A stretch of 64,000 bases of DNA from Bugula neritina. Its lineage: Eukaryota; Animalia; Bryozoa. Both the position numbers and the translations under genes were made by a program. Below are positions 23,687-37,059 of the stretch, in pieces; positions within the stretch are counted from its first letter, which is position 1, and each line of letters starts with the position of its first letter. The stretch lies in contig OZ037768.1 in the NCBI GenBank assembly GCA_964035545.1, positions 1,116,001-1,180,000 of the forward strand, given 5' to 3'. The notes beneath the pieces are model-generated. The model worked only from the letters and a program-made list of their open reading frames with translations, did not search any database and was not told the DNA's origin.

Positions 23687-24843
23687 TGACTAAGTGCTGC
23701 CTCCAGCAGTCTCTGCAGACTTATGGTCTAGTGCTGACCTTTTGCTCTTGTGCTGACCTTGACCAGTATAGTAAAAGATGCATTCAGCTATATTAGTCTA
23801 TGCAACAGTTCTATTTCTTAATATCTTTATCTTTTCTATTAATTCAACACACTCTGTGTTTTTGTTTAGTTTCACATGGTGATATAGTAATATGGGATAT
23901 TTCATTTTTGAACCCTAGTATGGTTACCAAATTTTGGAATTTGATTCGAATCACATTTACTTTCAATAATAAAAAGCATGTCATTGCGCACAATCTCATA
24001 GCTATTTCTGCTTACATAACATGCACATCATGTTCATCTACTTAGAGCAAATAGGTGACTTCCACTACAGCTTTTATAGTACTTTGTTCTATTTGCCTTG
24101 TAAGTCACAGTCACTTTCTTCAGCTGTCTTGCATACATGTGAGGTTGTTCCATTAGCATAGCTAGCGAGGTCCCAGTTCAGTATAAACATCATAAGACTC
24201 TTGTACTAGTGCTCAAGATATAGAATGCCTTTTTAGTTCATTACAGATATGTCTACTTATCAAAAAATACTTTGATAATCTATTCACGAAGTTATATTGA
24301 ATATATTATATTGGCTGAACCTACATAATATTGTTATGCTGAAAAACTTTTACAATAGCAGCTAACTGTTTTATACTGTGTAATGAGATTGATTGAGCTA
24401 AATGAGCTAAATTCAAAAGAACAATTCCACAATTAAAATATTTTTGTTCTGCTTTATTTAGTCTTCATTACATGGTGCAGCAGTTCACATTTCTCAATAC
24501 ATGTGTATTAATACAATGTAATGCAATTGTGGTAATGATTTGGAGTTGGCCTCTCACATTACGGTGTTGTGCTTCGTTTTAGCCAATGTTGATACTCGGA
24601 AATTATTCATGTACTTTACGGTAAGTTATGAGTAATATTACAGACATGTAACGACGTTTGTTACTTGTTTACGATAGAAACGTAGTAAAATGGCGTAATT
24701 CTAAAACTTCATCATCATGAGTTATCAATATGTCAGTATTTAATTTTGTTGTTGAAGAGAAAATATTCAATAACCTACAGTCTTGCTTTTTTTAAATTGT
24801 TAAATAATTTTTTACAAAATATACTGTTTTATCATTCATAGTT

Positions 24844-27800
24844 ATGTCTGTGTTTGCTAACCAAAATTTCAAACATCAACATGGTCGGTTACCTCCTCTT
24901 AGCAGGTTAGTCGCCAATATAAATTATTATTATAACTATAAAATAGCTGTCATGTTGAATCAGTTATTTTTAGACTGGGGCCACTCCGTTCATTTATAGT
25001 TATGAGCTGCTACTGTTTAAAACTTGTACTACAACTACAAATTACACTCTCACAGAGTAGAGCAGTAGCGTTACAATTTTATTCTAAATATTTATGACTG
25101 GTTATATTTTCTAATACTAATAGCTACTAACTTTTTTATTACAGAAATATAGTTCTTGTAAGTGTCTCAGTCTAATTTCTCTATTGTTGTTTTATATTAA
25201 CATTAATCAAATTCAATGTAAAAATAAAAATAAAAATTTACTAACCTAAAGTTTCTATTTTTCCAAGAAAAAACTTAGCTCACTAGTTAGCAGAAATTAT
25301 AACCTTTATAATGACTACTTTTTTAACCGTTTTTATTTTTATTTTTGTTTGTGGAATTTGCATTGTTATTATTAAATATAGAGAAGCCGAAGAAGCTGTT
25401 GAACTAGCTAATAAACAAATTACCTCTAAGAGTGATATCCGACCTACTTCATCTCCCCCACCAACACACTTTACTGCTAAGCACAAGGTCGGTCATTTGG
25501 CAGCACGTTTTTGTTAATTTAAAATACTCTAGAATACTCAGTCATCTCAATGGAGTATCACCTTCTATGTTTAGCTTGAAGAGAAAAGGGCATATCTATA
25601 TATAAAAATGTTCAATAAAAGTGTGAATAAAATTAAATTTTTGATAGTATGGTTTCGGTTTTCAACTTGATTTAATTTACAGTAATGTCGGATTTAAATT
25701 GTGTTTTCTTCAATGTGCAGTTTTCTACATTCACTGAAATATGCCACAACTAAGTTCTTTCATTAGGGTCTACTGCTTCAACCAGTTGCTACACATGGAG
25801 ATTCAACTAACATGCAGGTAGCATTACCTGTAGCAAAAGAAGTTGCACTTCCTTTCTCTAACCGGAAGCCCAAATTTCTGGAAAACTTGGAAGGTTTTTT
25901 GTCTAGGGAGCTTTGCTCATTGGGTATGGAAGAAGTCATAGCTAATGAGACAAGGCTACAGGTGAGCATAGCTCCAAGTTTAGAGTGACGTCTGCTTACA
26001 GTATTTTGCTGACTCCCAATTGTGACTATGGTATATTTTAGCTGACTTGGATTGTAAAATGTTAATCTTTGAAGTTTAGGGTTGTCTCACCTTACAAGTT
26101 TTTATTAATTGAGATGTTTATCACAACTTTTAGAGATTAAAACAAGGGAATAATTTGAATCTAAACTTTGATTGTATGATCAGAAAGGAGTAACTATTTT
26201 CAGGCGCACAGAGAAGTGTTTGAGTACTTGATAGAAGACTTCAAGACTTACAAACCTATATTCGCTGCCATAAAGAATGAGTATGAGATGATGTTGCGGC
26301 ATCAGCAGGAATACATCAAACAACTGCAACCCTTGCAGCAGATGTTAGTCACGGTCACTGAGCAGTGTGACAACGAGATTATGAGACTTCGAGACAAAGA
26401 GAAAACCGGTAATTATCTGCAATAGACCTTCACAATAGTTTTCAATAGAAATTTGACTTTTATTGTAATTAGTTAATTGTATTTACTTGAATTAGTTAAT
26501 TATCATGTTTCTGTATAAGTTAGATATATTTTTGTCTTTAATTAGAAACAAGAATATTGACTGCTATTAAATTATAATGACCAGGAGCTGTATTGCAATT
26601 TCTATGAACAATTTACAGACATTGCTGAGCTAAAGAAACAAAATGGCCGCCTACAAACTGTAATTGATAATATTAGAAATGAGCAGATTGCACTGCAGAC
26701 GCAAGTAGAAAGATTGCAGCAAAAGTTATCAGAGCAGTATGATAAATATAGATCGGAGGTGTGTACCGACCCCTATTCCAGTGTGTTGTATAATGTAGAT
26801 CACTGGCTATCCAACAGCTCAAACTCTTCTCAGTAGTAGGAAAATCTCAGGGGTTAAAATGAATATAACTCAATATCAGAACATAATAAAATTTCAATCA
26901 ACAGAACACATCAGATCATCTAATGAAGTGTCATCTGTTTGTATTATGTTAATCCTTATAAACATGTTGAGATATCTCAACCTATACACTTCATTACTAT
27001 ATCAAGTAGTTCTTTCTAATAGCAATTGTTTTAGAGTTTAGACTGTGATTGTACTGATGATGACATGTTAGTTGTACGGTTTATAGGCTGATGCCCGCAA
27101 ACTTCTGGTATCTGATATAAATGACCTGCGGGCTCAGCAGGAAGAACTGATCCTGCAGCAGAAACAGGCCAGCAACCGCGATGAGTCAGAGGACCCTGTA
27201 CTCATTAGACTCGCTCTCAAGTTAGTCGTCTTCTCATTGTTTCTGTGTTATCATTTCTTTTGAGTTATGTTGCATTATAAAAAATTTTCTTGAAATAAAT
27301 TGTACTTTTTATTGTAATTAAGTAAGTTATTTTTCATTATAATTATTATTAAATTCTTCAATAAATTGATCAGCCAATTTAAAATTTATCAATAGATGTA
27401 TTTTTTATCTTGGTGGTATAAGATTGTGATGGCTCAATTGAAAAGACATGTAACTGACACAGTATTGCTGATTCTTTCAGGAAGTCCAGAGAGAGTGAAA
27501 AGGAGGCTAGTCACCAACTGAATTACATCATAGCAAATTACGGTGATGTCATTCCTAAGAATGATTATTTGACCCTCAAGTCTGAGTACCAGATACTGCA
27601 GGAAAAAGTTTCAGCCAGGGCTGCAGAGTTTGATCAACTAAAGGAAGAGCAAGAGTTAGTAGATTAGCAATACAATCTGGGAGTTGTCTCTCCTGTGTGT
27701 AATAATCTGCTGAGTCATCAATAGTAGCTATCTTAGAATTGTATAATGAACTGAAGATGTATTGAGCATCACTTTGAGTCTATCAACCTATATATGTATT

Positions 27801-30576
27801 ATGTAATCACTAGATTGTTATATTTCAGCACATTACAATTATTCTGTTTATTATCTACAATAGGTATTTGTTATATATGAATGTTGTTGTTTGCTGCCGC
27901 ACAGCTCTCTGCTAGAGACTCACAGACAGGTCATCAGACAGAGGGATGAGTATTACCAGGAGAGTGAGAGACTTCGGCAGACTGCCACTCCCCGTCCTGA
28001 CTGGAACAAATGTGGTGCCGTCATACCGGGAGGTGAACTCACTTTTCTCTCATTCTGCCATTTCTCATTTACGAAGGTCATTTGGTCTTGAATAAAGTTA
28101 TTCATAGCAAAATTGTACAAGTTCTGGCTGCCACATTTCATGTAACTATAATCATTCGAATATCTTACCTGGTTACTGTACAACTCAGACACATAATTTG
28201 TTCAACAATATCCTGTGCAGGTGTACAGAGGTGGAATGACTTGTCACAGGGTAAGAGCTCCAATGAAATGGTTGGTATACTACTCAATGAGTTGGCCCAA
28301 TCTACCAATGATTCTAAAGGTGATGATTTCTTCGACAGTCTGGTAAGCTAAAGTTCATAAAAATTTTCAAGAGATGTAAATGTTTTTAAATCAAGTAGAG
28401 TTTATTAAATATTAATAATCACCTAAGCCATTGTTTACCAATTATTTGGATTTAAAAAAATAGTTTCGGTATGAAATGTAATTGATGAAGTTTTATGATT
28501 CACACTACAGGGGACCACAGATGATGTTCCTCTGTACCTGAGAAAAGCAGAAGGCAGCGTCAAGAACAGACGTCTAGGAAGGAGAGACGCAATGCTGCTT
28601 ATCAAAGACATCTGGAGAGAGAAAGATCTGTCAGACTCTACTCAGGTATTTATATTCTAGTGAATATGGCAGTTTAGGTGTGTTTAGTTTGTGTTTCATT
28701 TGATAGTAATAGCCTTATATCAACAACAGTAACACACGTGCAATAATTGTTAGCAAATTCTGTGACAGCGATTTACTAAATTTAAATGAGTATAGTTATT
28801 CAATTTCAGCTTTTTAATTTTGCTAATAGGTTCTGTAGAATTGTTTATTATTTGCTTTTGATTAAAACCACTAGTTGTATTGTCCACAAAGTTTTATAGA
28901 CAATATTTTCCATCCTAATTAGATATAATATCTGTCGTAAGGCATCAAGAAATCACCAGCAGCTCAGTAGCTGTGACGTTCTGTTTGCAGGCTTCTGGAA
29001 AGAGAGAGCCTATGGCCCAGTTCTTGCTGAAATACTTAGAGAGCAAGTTTCCTGACGCCCCTGAGATGGTGATGGAGTGGACATATAATTTGGACAGTGC
29101 TTGTGTTCGATATGGAGTGCACGACTCCAAGATACAGTATTTCTACGATGTTCTCAATGACCGGGTAATTTATATACAATACATGTAATACTGCATATAA
29201 TACATGTAATACTGTATATAATACATGTAATACTGTATATAATACTGTATATAGTACTGTATATAATACATATAATACTGTATATAATACATGTAATACT
29301 GTATATAATACATGTAATACTGTATATAATACATGTAATACTGTATATAATACATATAATACTGTATATAATACATGTAATACTGTATATAATACATATA
29401 ATACTGTATATAATACATGTAATACTGTATATAATACATATAATACTGTATATAATACATATAATACTGTATATAATAAATGTAATACTGTATATAATAC
29501 ATGTAATACTGTATATAATACATATAATACGAATGTAACACTGCAGGTGGACCAGGAACTCTACTTTGACCAGCTACAATCTATCGTCTCTCTACTGAAA
29601 CTCTTGACCAAAGAGAATGAAAAACACGAGCCGGAGGGCTTCTTCACAGTCGAGGAGTTCTCCAAGATCCTCAATCAGTACTTGGAGAACAAAGTAACTT
29701 CCGAAGAGATCGAGGGCCTCATGACTGCTGCTCAGTTAGAGCTCAATGATACAGATCAGTCTGACGAGGGAATTGAGTTCACCAGACTTTTCTTTGAGGT
29801 GATTTGATAGTCAGTCTTTGAAAGTTCTGGAAGGTGCTTTTTATTGCTTATACCGGATGCCTTATACAGTGTGGAAATATAATATTATACACTGTAGAAA
29901 GACACAAGTAATCAATAAAGAGCTATAATTGTTGTTGTGTGATAGCAATGGTACTGAAGAGTAACAATAGCTGTGCATACATGAACTGTGATAGCAATAG
30001 TGCTGTAGAGTAACAATAGCTGTACATACATGCACTGTAAATTTTTAACACTTAGGATGACGAGGGAAAGTTTGGTCCATTTGTTGACGAATTGAAAAGG
30101 TTGCTAAGCGACACGAGAAAGAAATATACTACGGCTATAGTGGAAATTCTCCGAGCTACTGAGTGTGTATAGTATATCATTTCTCTTACATTTCTGGCTT
30201 ATGAGGTCATATCCTGTTTGAGGTGGCCAGATAGAATATGACATTACACGCATAGGTTTTATGCCAGCTATAACTAATAATTGTTTTCAAATTGATTGTC
30301 TAACTCAAACTGAGCAGTAACTAAAACTAACCAAGTATAATGCTGTGTGACATGTGAACTCTGATTGTTTAATATAGACTTGAAGGTCTCACAGCAGAAG
30401 ATCTGAGCACTGCTATGACTACAGTTGATCCTAACCTTGACCCTGCCAGCAAAGAATCAACCATAGCCTGGGTTTATAGAGAGAAGTCGGCTGCTGAGTT
30501 AGAAGTCCCAAACTCTATCACAATTGATGAACTCGAAGATCGCATAAATAGGATTCTGATAAAGAAATTCTTTTGA
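24844..30576 (+). CDS. TSNAXIP1: Translin-associated factor X-interacting protein 1-like (coiled-coil, ciliary)
   Basis: ~14 exons (24844-24905, 25382-25486, 25767-25961, 26204-26408, ~26619-26758, ~27087-27220, ~27481-27654, ~27905-28032, 28221-28341, ~28511-28645, 28991-29164, 29547-29798, ~30056-30160, ~30379-30576). Motifs KPKFLENLEGFL..RLQAHREVFEYLIEDFKTYKPIFAAIKNEYE, NYGDVIP, TPRPDWNKC, GLGT..VPLYLR-like; start codon tentative. Confidence 0.85.
29170..29532 (+). repeat. 21-bp minisatellite filling intron 29165-29546
   Basis: aatactgtatataatacat(g/a)t, ~17 copies. Confidence 0.95.
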
Positions 30577-30931
30577 TTGAAAACTGTTTTTCACATTCAT
30601 TTATTTATTATATTAATGTATTGTATTACTCTATTGTATTATTCTATTGTATTACTATGAAGGTTACCTGAAACAATTTAAACATTTAATTTGTTACCAT
30701 TCTCACACTCAAAGCTCTTCAATAGTTTGTTATTTACAAAATAAAATAACAAGAAAATTTGCAACTTATGACTAAAAATGGTTATGATGAGATCCAGTGC
30801 ATATGACCTTGGAAGTGACAGCAAGTTCAAGTTATTAAGAAAAAAAAACCTTTTCTTGCAGATACTTTCTAAATTTAGCAAGACAAACTTTAACTTAATC
30901 TTGTTACCAGTCTCTCTGCTAACAGTTTCTC

Positions 30932-33900
30932 TTAAGTGTAATACTTGTTAATAGACAAGGCCAGGTACGCTGCTGCTAAACCAGTCGTGTGAGCAAGGCA
31001 GCGGTCTACAACAATACATAAGCAAATACAATGGGTATACTCAAGGTTTTAGCTTTTATAAGAAAATAAAAATATCTAGTATAATATCACATATTTACAG
31101 TTAGTTAATTGGTTATCTATTAATTGACCTAAAAATTACTATCAAAATATAATTGCATGTAGTTGCAAATTAAAAAACTTGATGTTTAATCTAATAATAA
31201 TAGTTTAATGTTTGTGAAAATAAACTGCATATAAGAAGTTGATGTACTGCATGACACACATACATTAATGTATCGAGAGCTTTTCAACAGCTATCACTTA
31301 TGTTAGCTTTATATAAGTCAGTGCAGCACTGAGACTGCCGAAGAAAGGAATAAATCAGCCGCACTCTGATGATTGGTTGTTTTATATAGAGAGAGTTATG
31401 CAGATAATACTAACTTACTGCCACAACAGTTGTAAGTATTTAACTATATGTGTGAGAAAAGTACTACACAACATGTAATGATGTTTAGATATAATCTATA
31501 TGTATTTTAGGTAACAGTCTGTATTGTTTATGTATGAATTTACAATTTACAGTATTGTACTAGAAGTACTAGAAGCTGTAGAGCCTAATAATAGTATAAA
31601 ATAGCCATATAGCTATTATGTAACATAGCTTCAACCAGCCTAGAATGAAGATAATCTTAAGGTGCTTACTTACATGAACAATGTATATGCGTGTATGTAA
31701 CACCTCACCTACATGTAAGATGTGTGTGCATACAGCACTAGACCTACATAATATACACGTGTATATGCAACAGTAACCTTAGTAAAACCCACCAGAGTCG
31801 AATTTTTCTCTCCTTTTACTAATATTCCATCTTTTACCTCTCAAACGCCTGGTAAAAAATTAATATATTATTTTGTAGAACTATTTCAAAATGACTTACG
31901 TAAAATTAGCATAGTATTCAACAAGAAACGTTCGAAATAATTTTAATAGTAACATATGACTGTATTCATATGTTTTAATATAATATATGCCTACTTTACA
32001 AAACAATATATTACAATAGTAGAAAGTAGGAACTTGAAAAACAGGCCATGCAATCTCAGGCTTTTGGTATCAGTGTTTCCACTCTAACCAATAAAAGCAT
32101 CTTCATTTATTAGCAGCATAATTATCCTGTTCAGACGTGTGGATGTGGAGTCGTTTCCTCTAATGTTTGAGGTGCAAATTTCCTACTTCATAGCACCCAA
32201 AGGCTTTTATAGAAATGCGTCGCAATCATTATAAAGTGTTTCCTAAAAGCTGGCTTTAAATCAATGGAATGCATGACCAGCTGACCATACATAGAGCAGC
32301 TACATGCTCTGACAGCATCTGATAACAAGCTGGACACTACGTCAGCATACCTGAAGGTACGTCAGCATACCTGAAGGTACGTCAGCATACCTGAAGGTAC
32401 GTCAGCATACCTGAAGGTACGTCAGCATACCTGAAGGTACGTCAGCATACCTGAAGGTACGTCAGCATACCTGAAGGTACGTCAGCATACCTGAAGGTAC
32501 GTCAGCATACCTGAAGGTACGTCAGCATACCTGAAGGTACGTCAGCATACCTGAAGGTACGTCAGCATACCTGAAGGTACGTCAGCATACCTGAAGGTAC
32601 GTCAGCATACCTGAAGGTACGTCAACATACCTGAAGGTACGTCAGCATACCTGAAGGTACATCAGCATACCTGAAGGTACGTCAGCATACCTGAAGGCAG
32701 GTCCATAGCAACCTGTCGCTCTGTCTTGGTATGACAGCACTGCTCGTAACTTGGATAGAGTTATTATCTCCCCATACCCTTGCATTGCACACAGAACACC
32801 TGCAAGTTTTAGTTTGATGAAAGCACTAAATCACAAAGAAGCTGTTTACTATGGTACAGGTACTCCTTACTATGGTACAGGTACTCCTTACTATGGTACA
32901 GGTACTGTTTACTATGGTACAGGTACTGTTTACTATAGTACAGGTACTGTTTCCTATGGTACAGGTACTGTTTACTATGGTACAGGTACTGTTTACTATA
33001 GTACAGGTACTGTTTACTATGGTACAGGTACTGTTTACTATGGTACAGGTACTCCTTACTATGGTACAGGTACTGTTTACTATAGTACAGGTACTGTTTA
33101 CTATGGTACAGGTACTGTTTACTATGGTACAGGTACTGTTTACTATGGTACAGGTACTGTTTACTATAGTACAGGTACTGTTTACTATGGTACAGGTACT
33201 GTTTACTATAGTACAGGTACTGTTTACTATGGTACAGGTGATGTTTAGCAATCCCATACCTTGCTCTATAAAAATGTCCAAGTCAAAAAATCTGATGTGT
33301 GGAGAAGTGTTTGTAAAAAGTTTCTCGTTTTCTGTCCAAATCTTCTCACAGAATCTCTGCTCCAAATGGTTTAAGCTGAGTGGTTTAATAGCAGAGTTAA
33401 TCTTATCTGTACATCCCACCTGTCAATATTGCAGCGCAGCAGAGTGCAGCGTTATATAGCCAATAATAGTACTTCTACACTCAACAGCCTCTCATATAAA
33501 CCTACATCAACTGGGTATACTAGAATATACATGTATAGCTATATAGATGTCCATTTCTTTGATAATCATATTCCATATGTTTCCCTGCATTAGTTACACT
33601 TCAAATTCAAATATAACCATACTTCCTCTGAATTGTGCTATACAATATCTGATTAAAGGTTTTATATAAGCATTATAATAATTTATACCTTCTGTGTTAA
33701 TATAAAGTAAAGCAGCTGATGTGTTAAAACGTATCTCCGTTGGCCTCCTTCCATCATCAAATTCAAGCAATCATCATCAATATAGCATTTACTAAAATAT
33801 TATAAGCCATTTCTTTCATTTTGAAGTGGTTTCGAAGGGAATGAAAGCTTACAATATATACGTAATATAACAGGTGTAAGTCAAGGTGTATATCCCAATA

Positions 33901-36058
33901 GTAACTTACTGATATACAGTATCCGTGTCAGTATTGTGGTAAGTTCCCAGTAGCTTTGTATAGCATATATCTCCATGGTTTTCATTATATCTGTGTACTG
34001 GTTGTTTACTTTGTGTCTGGTCATCTGTGTGTTTAGACAGATCCTTTACCTGCTCACTCACAGGGTAAGGTGTGTCCAGTACCTGCGGTGTGTATACAGC
34101 TGCCAAGTTATATAACCACTTTGTTATAAATAGACTTAGCTAGAAGCAAATTATTATGCTGTAATAGTATATTATACTAACATAATATCATCATACTAAT
34201 ATAATATATAATAATAGTAAAATAATATAATAATAGAATACAATACAATATCATAATAATATAATATAATATTCTATTAATATAATATAATATATATAAC
34301 ACACCCAAGTTTTTCGCTATCCTAAGAAATGCTGATGACATAGCATAGTGCTAGTATAATTTATGGTTATTCAGTGAAATTTTAAGATCAGCTAATGTTA
34401 TTGTTATAAGCAGTTTTCCTGTTAGTTGGAAATAAAAAGTTATACAAATAAATTCAATAAAGAAAAACTCAAACAAATGCAAACTAATACATATTGTTTT
34501 AAAATAAGCATACTTTTCATGCATTCTGATATTATGTGAATTCTAACTTTGGTAGGCAAAGGCTTGTATGTCAATTTTATAATTAGTCATATATGTACAG
34601 CATAACAACAATTCTTTTTTGTGTATATTACTGAAAATGAGTCATAAAATGTATTAGTAAATCAATAGGTCGATCAATAGGTCAATATACCGATCAATAG
34701 GTCGATCAATAGGTCAATATACCAATCAATAGGTCAATAAATACGTCAATATATCCATTACCTAACGGACAAACATACCGGCTTGAATGACTCGTAATAT
34801 GAAGCCTCAGATACTTTAATTTTAGCCTGTGATTCCCTGCATACTTTGTCCAATATTCTAGCTATATTTGTTAATACAGAAAGTGAATGTACGTCAGGTT
34901 TAGCAGTTGAACTGAGTTTTCTTACAGCAGCTTCTAAAGCACCTGCAATAAAACTCTACAATATATTGTATGTTCAACACTTTCAGGTTTCACTGCATAT
35001 ATTATATACTATCAGCAGCACCTCTGTCTAGCCTCAGAACTTACAGCTATGAGAGGTATGTAAGGGGGTTAGCAGATACACCTGGCTGTTTTGACATATC
35101 TATAATATAGTATTGAAAAATTTTACAAGTTCTTTTAAAGTTTTTCAAATGGTTAAACTTTTATTTACTTCACATGCATTCAACTGTTTTACCAACAGAT
35201 TTTAACTGCAAGCAAAATAATAATTTATAGTATCTAAACCAGTGCACAGTGTTACATTATGATTTCTGACACCAATGTACTAATTGCTGGCTTATTATTG
35301 CTGTAAGTCTCTCATGTAATAAGTAATCAATCGAACATAATATGAGTCAGAAAACCAGCTAGCTGAAAAGCTTAAAAGAGATATATTATATATACACACG
35401 TATGTATATCCAGCTTTCTTGAGTCCTTTAGCTTTCTTGGTACAAGCCTCATAGTCTATTCAACACTTTATGTAACACCCAGATGTAAACTCAATTCGTC
35501 GAAAAGCAAAGAAAATTGTTTTGTTTTGGAACAAGTAAGTTTCTTATTCTTTGTAAAAAAACATAATTTTATTCAAATATATGTACTTTTACTGTTATAC
35601 TAATATATGTACCTATATTGTTATATTAATATATGTACCTTTATTGTTATACTAATAGATGTACCTTGAGCTATTCGAAGGCCGTAGAGTCCGTCTACAT
35701 TCACTCCATCAGGATTCTTTGCGTAGTGAGAGACGAGGTGCTGCAATCTCACAGGAAGTTCCAACTCCGCCACTCCTGCGTCCGGCAGTGACTCACTCAC
35801 TCCTACCTGAGTCAGCAGTACAAAGAGCAGCCATTTTACCTCCAACTGTGCCCTCTGTAATATAGCATTTGATTAGCGGAGAGGTTAATGCACACCAAGT
35901 ATGTACCCATTTCACCTCGAACTACATTGATAGTTACTATGTGATGTAATATTCCAGCCATAAGCATTTCAGAAGATTTCTTTGTAATCTAAGCACTAAA
36001 ATATAAGAACTGGAATATTAGAATATGTAATGAGTGTTTAGATATAATAACTTACCAT
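30932..36058 (-). CDS. UPF0764 / C16orf89 homologue (secreted, DUF4735-like)
   Basis: Exons ATG 36058-36056, 35854-35665, ~34942-34779, ~34082-33908, ~33791-33689, 33419-33260, 32799-32691, ~31849-31792, ~31008-30932. Signal peptide, NVDGLYGLRIAQG, GDICYTKLLGT, C..C..YVLTHQLLYF, DIFIEQGVLC, YQD..GCYG, KRREK..DRCLAHTTGLA. Confidence 0.8.
32338..32697 (-). repeat. Near-perfect 20-bp minisatellite containing the donor site
   Basis: gtcagcatacctgaaggtac x~18 (minus strand cttcag|GTATGCtgacgtac). Confidence 0.97.
32842..33239. repeat. 21-bp intronic minisatellite
   Basis: ctgtttactatggtacaggta x~19. Confidence 0.95.
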
Positions 36059-36240
36059 CAGTTGAGCTAGGATTTTGTAGCGGGGAAACTGAATTAGAGG
36101 CCCACAACTAAGTATGATCAGCTTATGTGAAACAACAGATTGCTATGACAGGACGTGCTATATGTGACATACACATGACCGTTACTATAAATAACAGAAA
36201 TCCCCTGAATACCACTGCTTTAGCTACCAGTGAATATGTT

Positions 36241-36304
36241 TGCACCCATCATTTAAAAATGTTGGTAAATTGACATTTACCAACATTTTTAAATGATGAG
36301 TGCA
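36241..36304. repeat. Inverted repeat/hairpin, 30-bp stem with one mismatch and 4-nt loop
   Basis: tgcacccatcatttaaaaatgttggtaaat-tgac-atttaccaacatttttaaatgatgagtgca. Confidence 0.9.
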
Positions 36305-37059
36305 GCAAGGTATTCAAATAAATTTACTTAAAGCTTTATATTTTCAAACATAGCCCTGTTACCTAAATTGTCTTATTTGCTTTTTTCTGAGAGAAGCTGG
36401 GGCGGGTTAGAAGGTGCCTTCAAACAGACATGTTGTCAGTATGATTTTAGGCAAAGCCTCTACAAGGATGTTCACACAGAGATACATGATGAGTTGTGAA
36501 TACTTTGAACAGAACACAACTAAAATATACCAACACCAGCATACAGTTTGGGTGCACAGGCTATATTTGTTCATATATTTCATCACAGTAAAATTTTGGT
36601 TGCCAACGACTATAGAATTGTAAAAAATATCACATGAATTTATATGTTATAGCTGATTGTGTAAAAGAAAGATTGAATCTCATAAAACTGGAATAAAACG
36701 TTAGTGATGTGATTCACCATTCATTCAACAAAAAATATTAACAATTGATTATCACTATAAACGCAAAATTGGCAGAAATTGCTCAGAATAAACTTTGAAA
36801 AAGTGCTTAGAGAAGTTTAATTATTGAATTCCATACTGATAACTACATCATAAACTTCTCATAGTACATCTTATGTACAAATGGAAGAAATGTACGGAAC
36901 ATTATGTATGTATATTATTAGGTGACATGTGGTACTACAAGCTAACACCTAATTTAGCTTCTTGAGCCATAAATCTGACTATGAAAATTGTTTGCATAGA
37001 GGAGGGAACAGACAACTCCTAACTATCTTTGATAACACAAGCATACGTATCATAGAACT

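Noticed and set aside
29170-29541. 123-aa YYIQYYM ORF
   Set aside because: Intronic minisatellite translation
32130-32185. Possible extra or terminal exon (KFAPQTLEETTPHPHV-stop) of the C16orf89-like gene
   Set aside because: Would truncate the conserved KRREK..C..H..G C-terminus; no compatible donor
32751-33459. YYGTGTV / MVQVLFT / NSTCTIV repeat proteins
   Set aside because: 21-bp intronic array open in several frames; only 33419-33260 (minus) is a real exon
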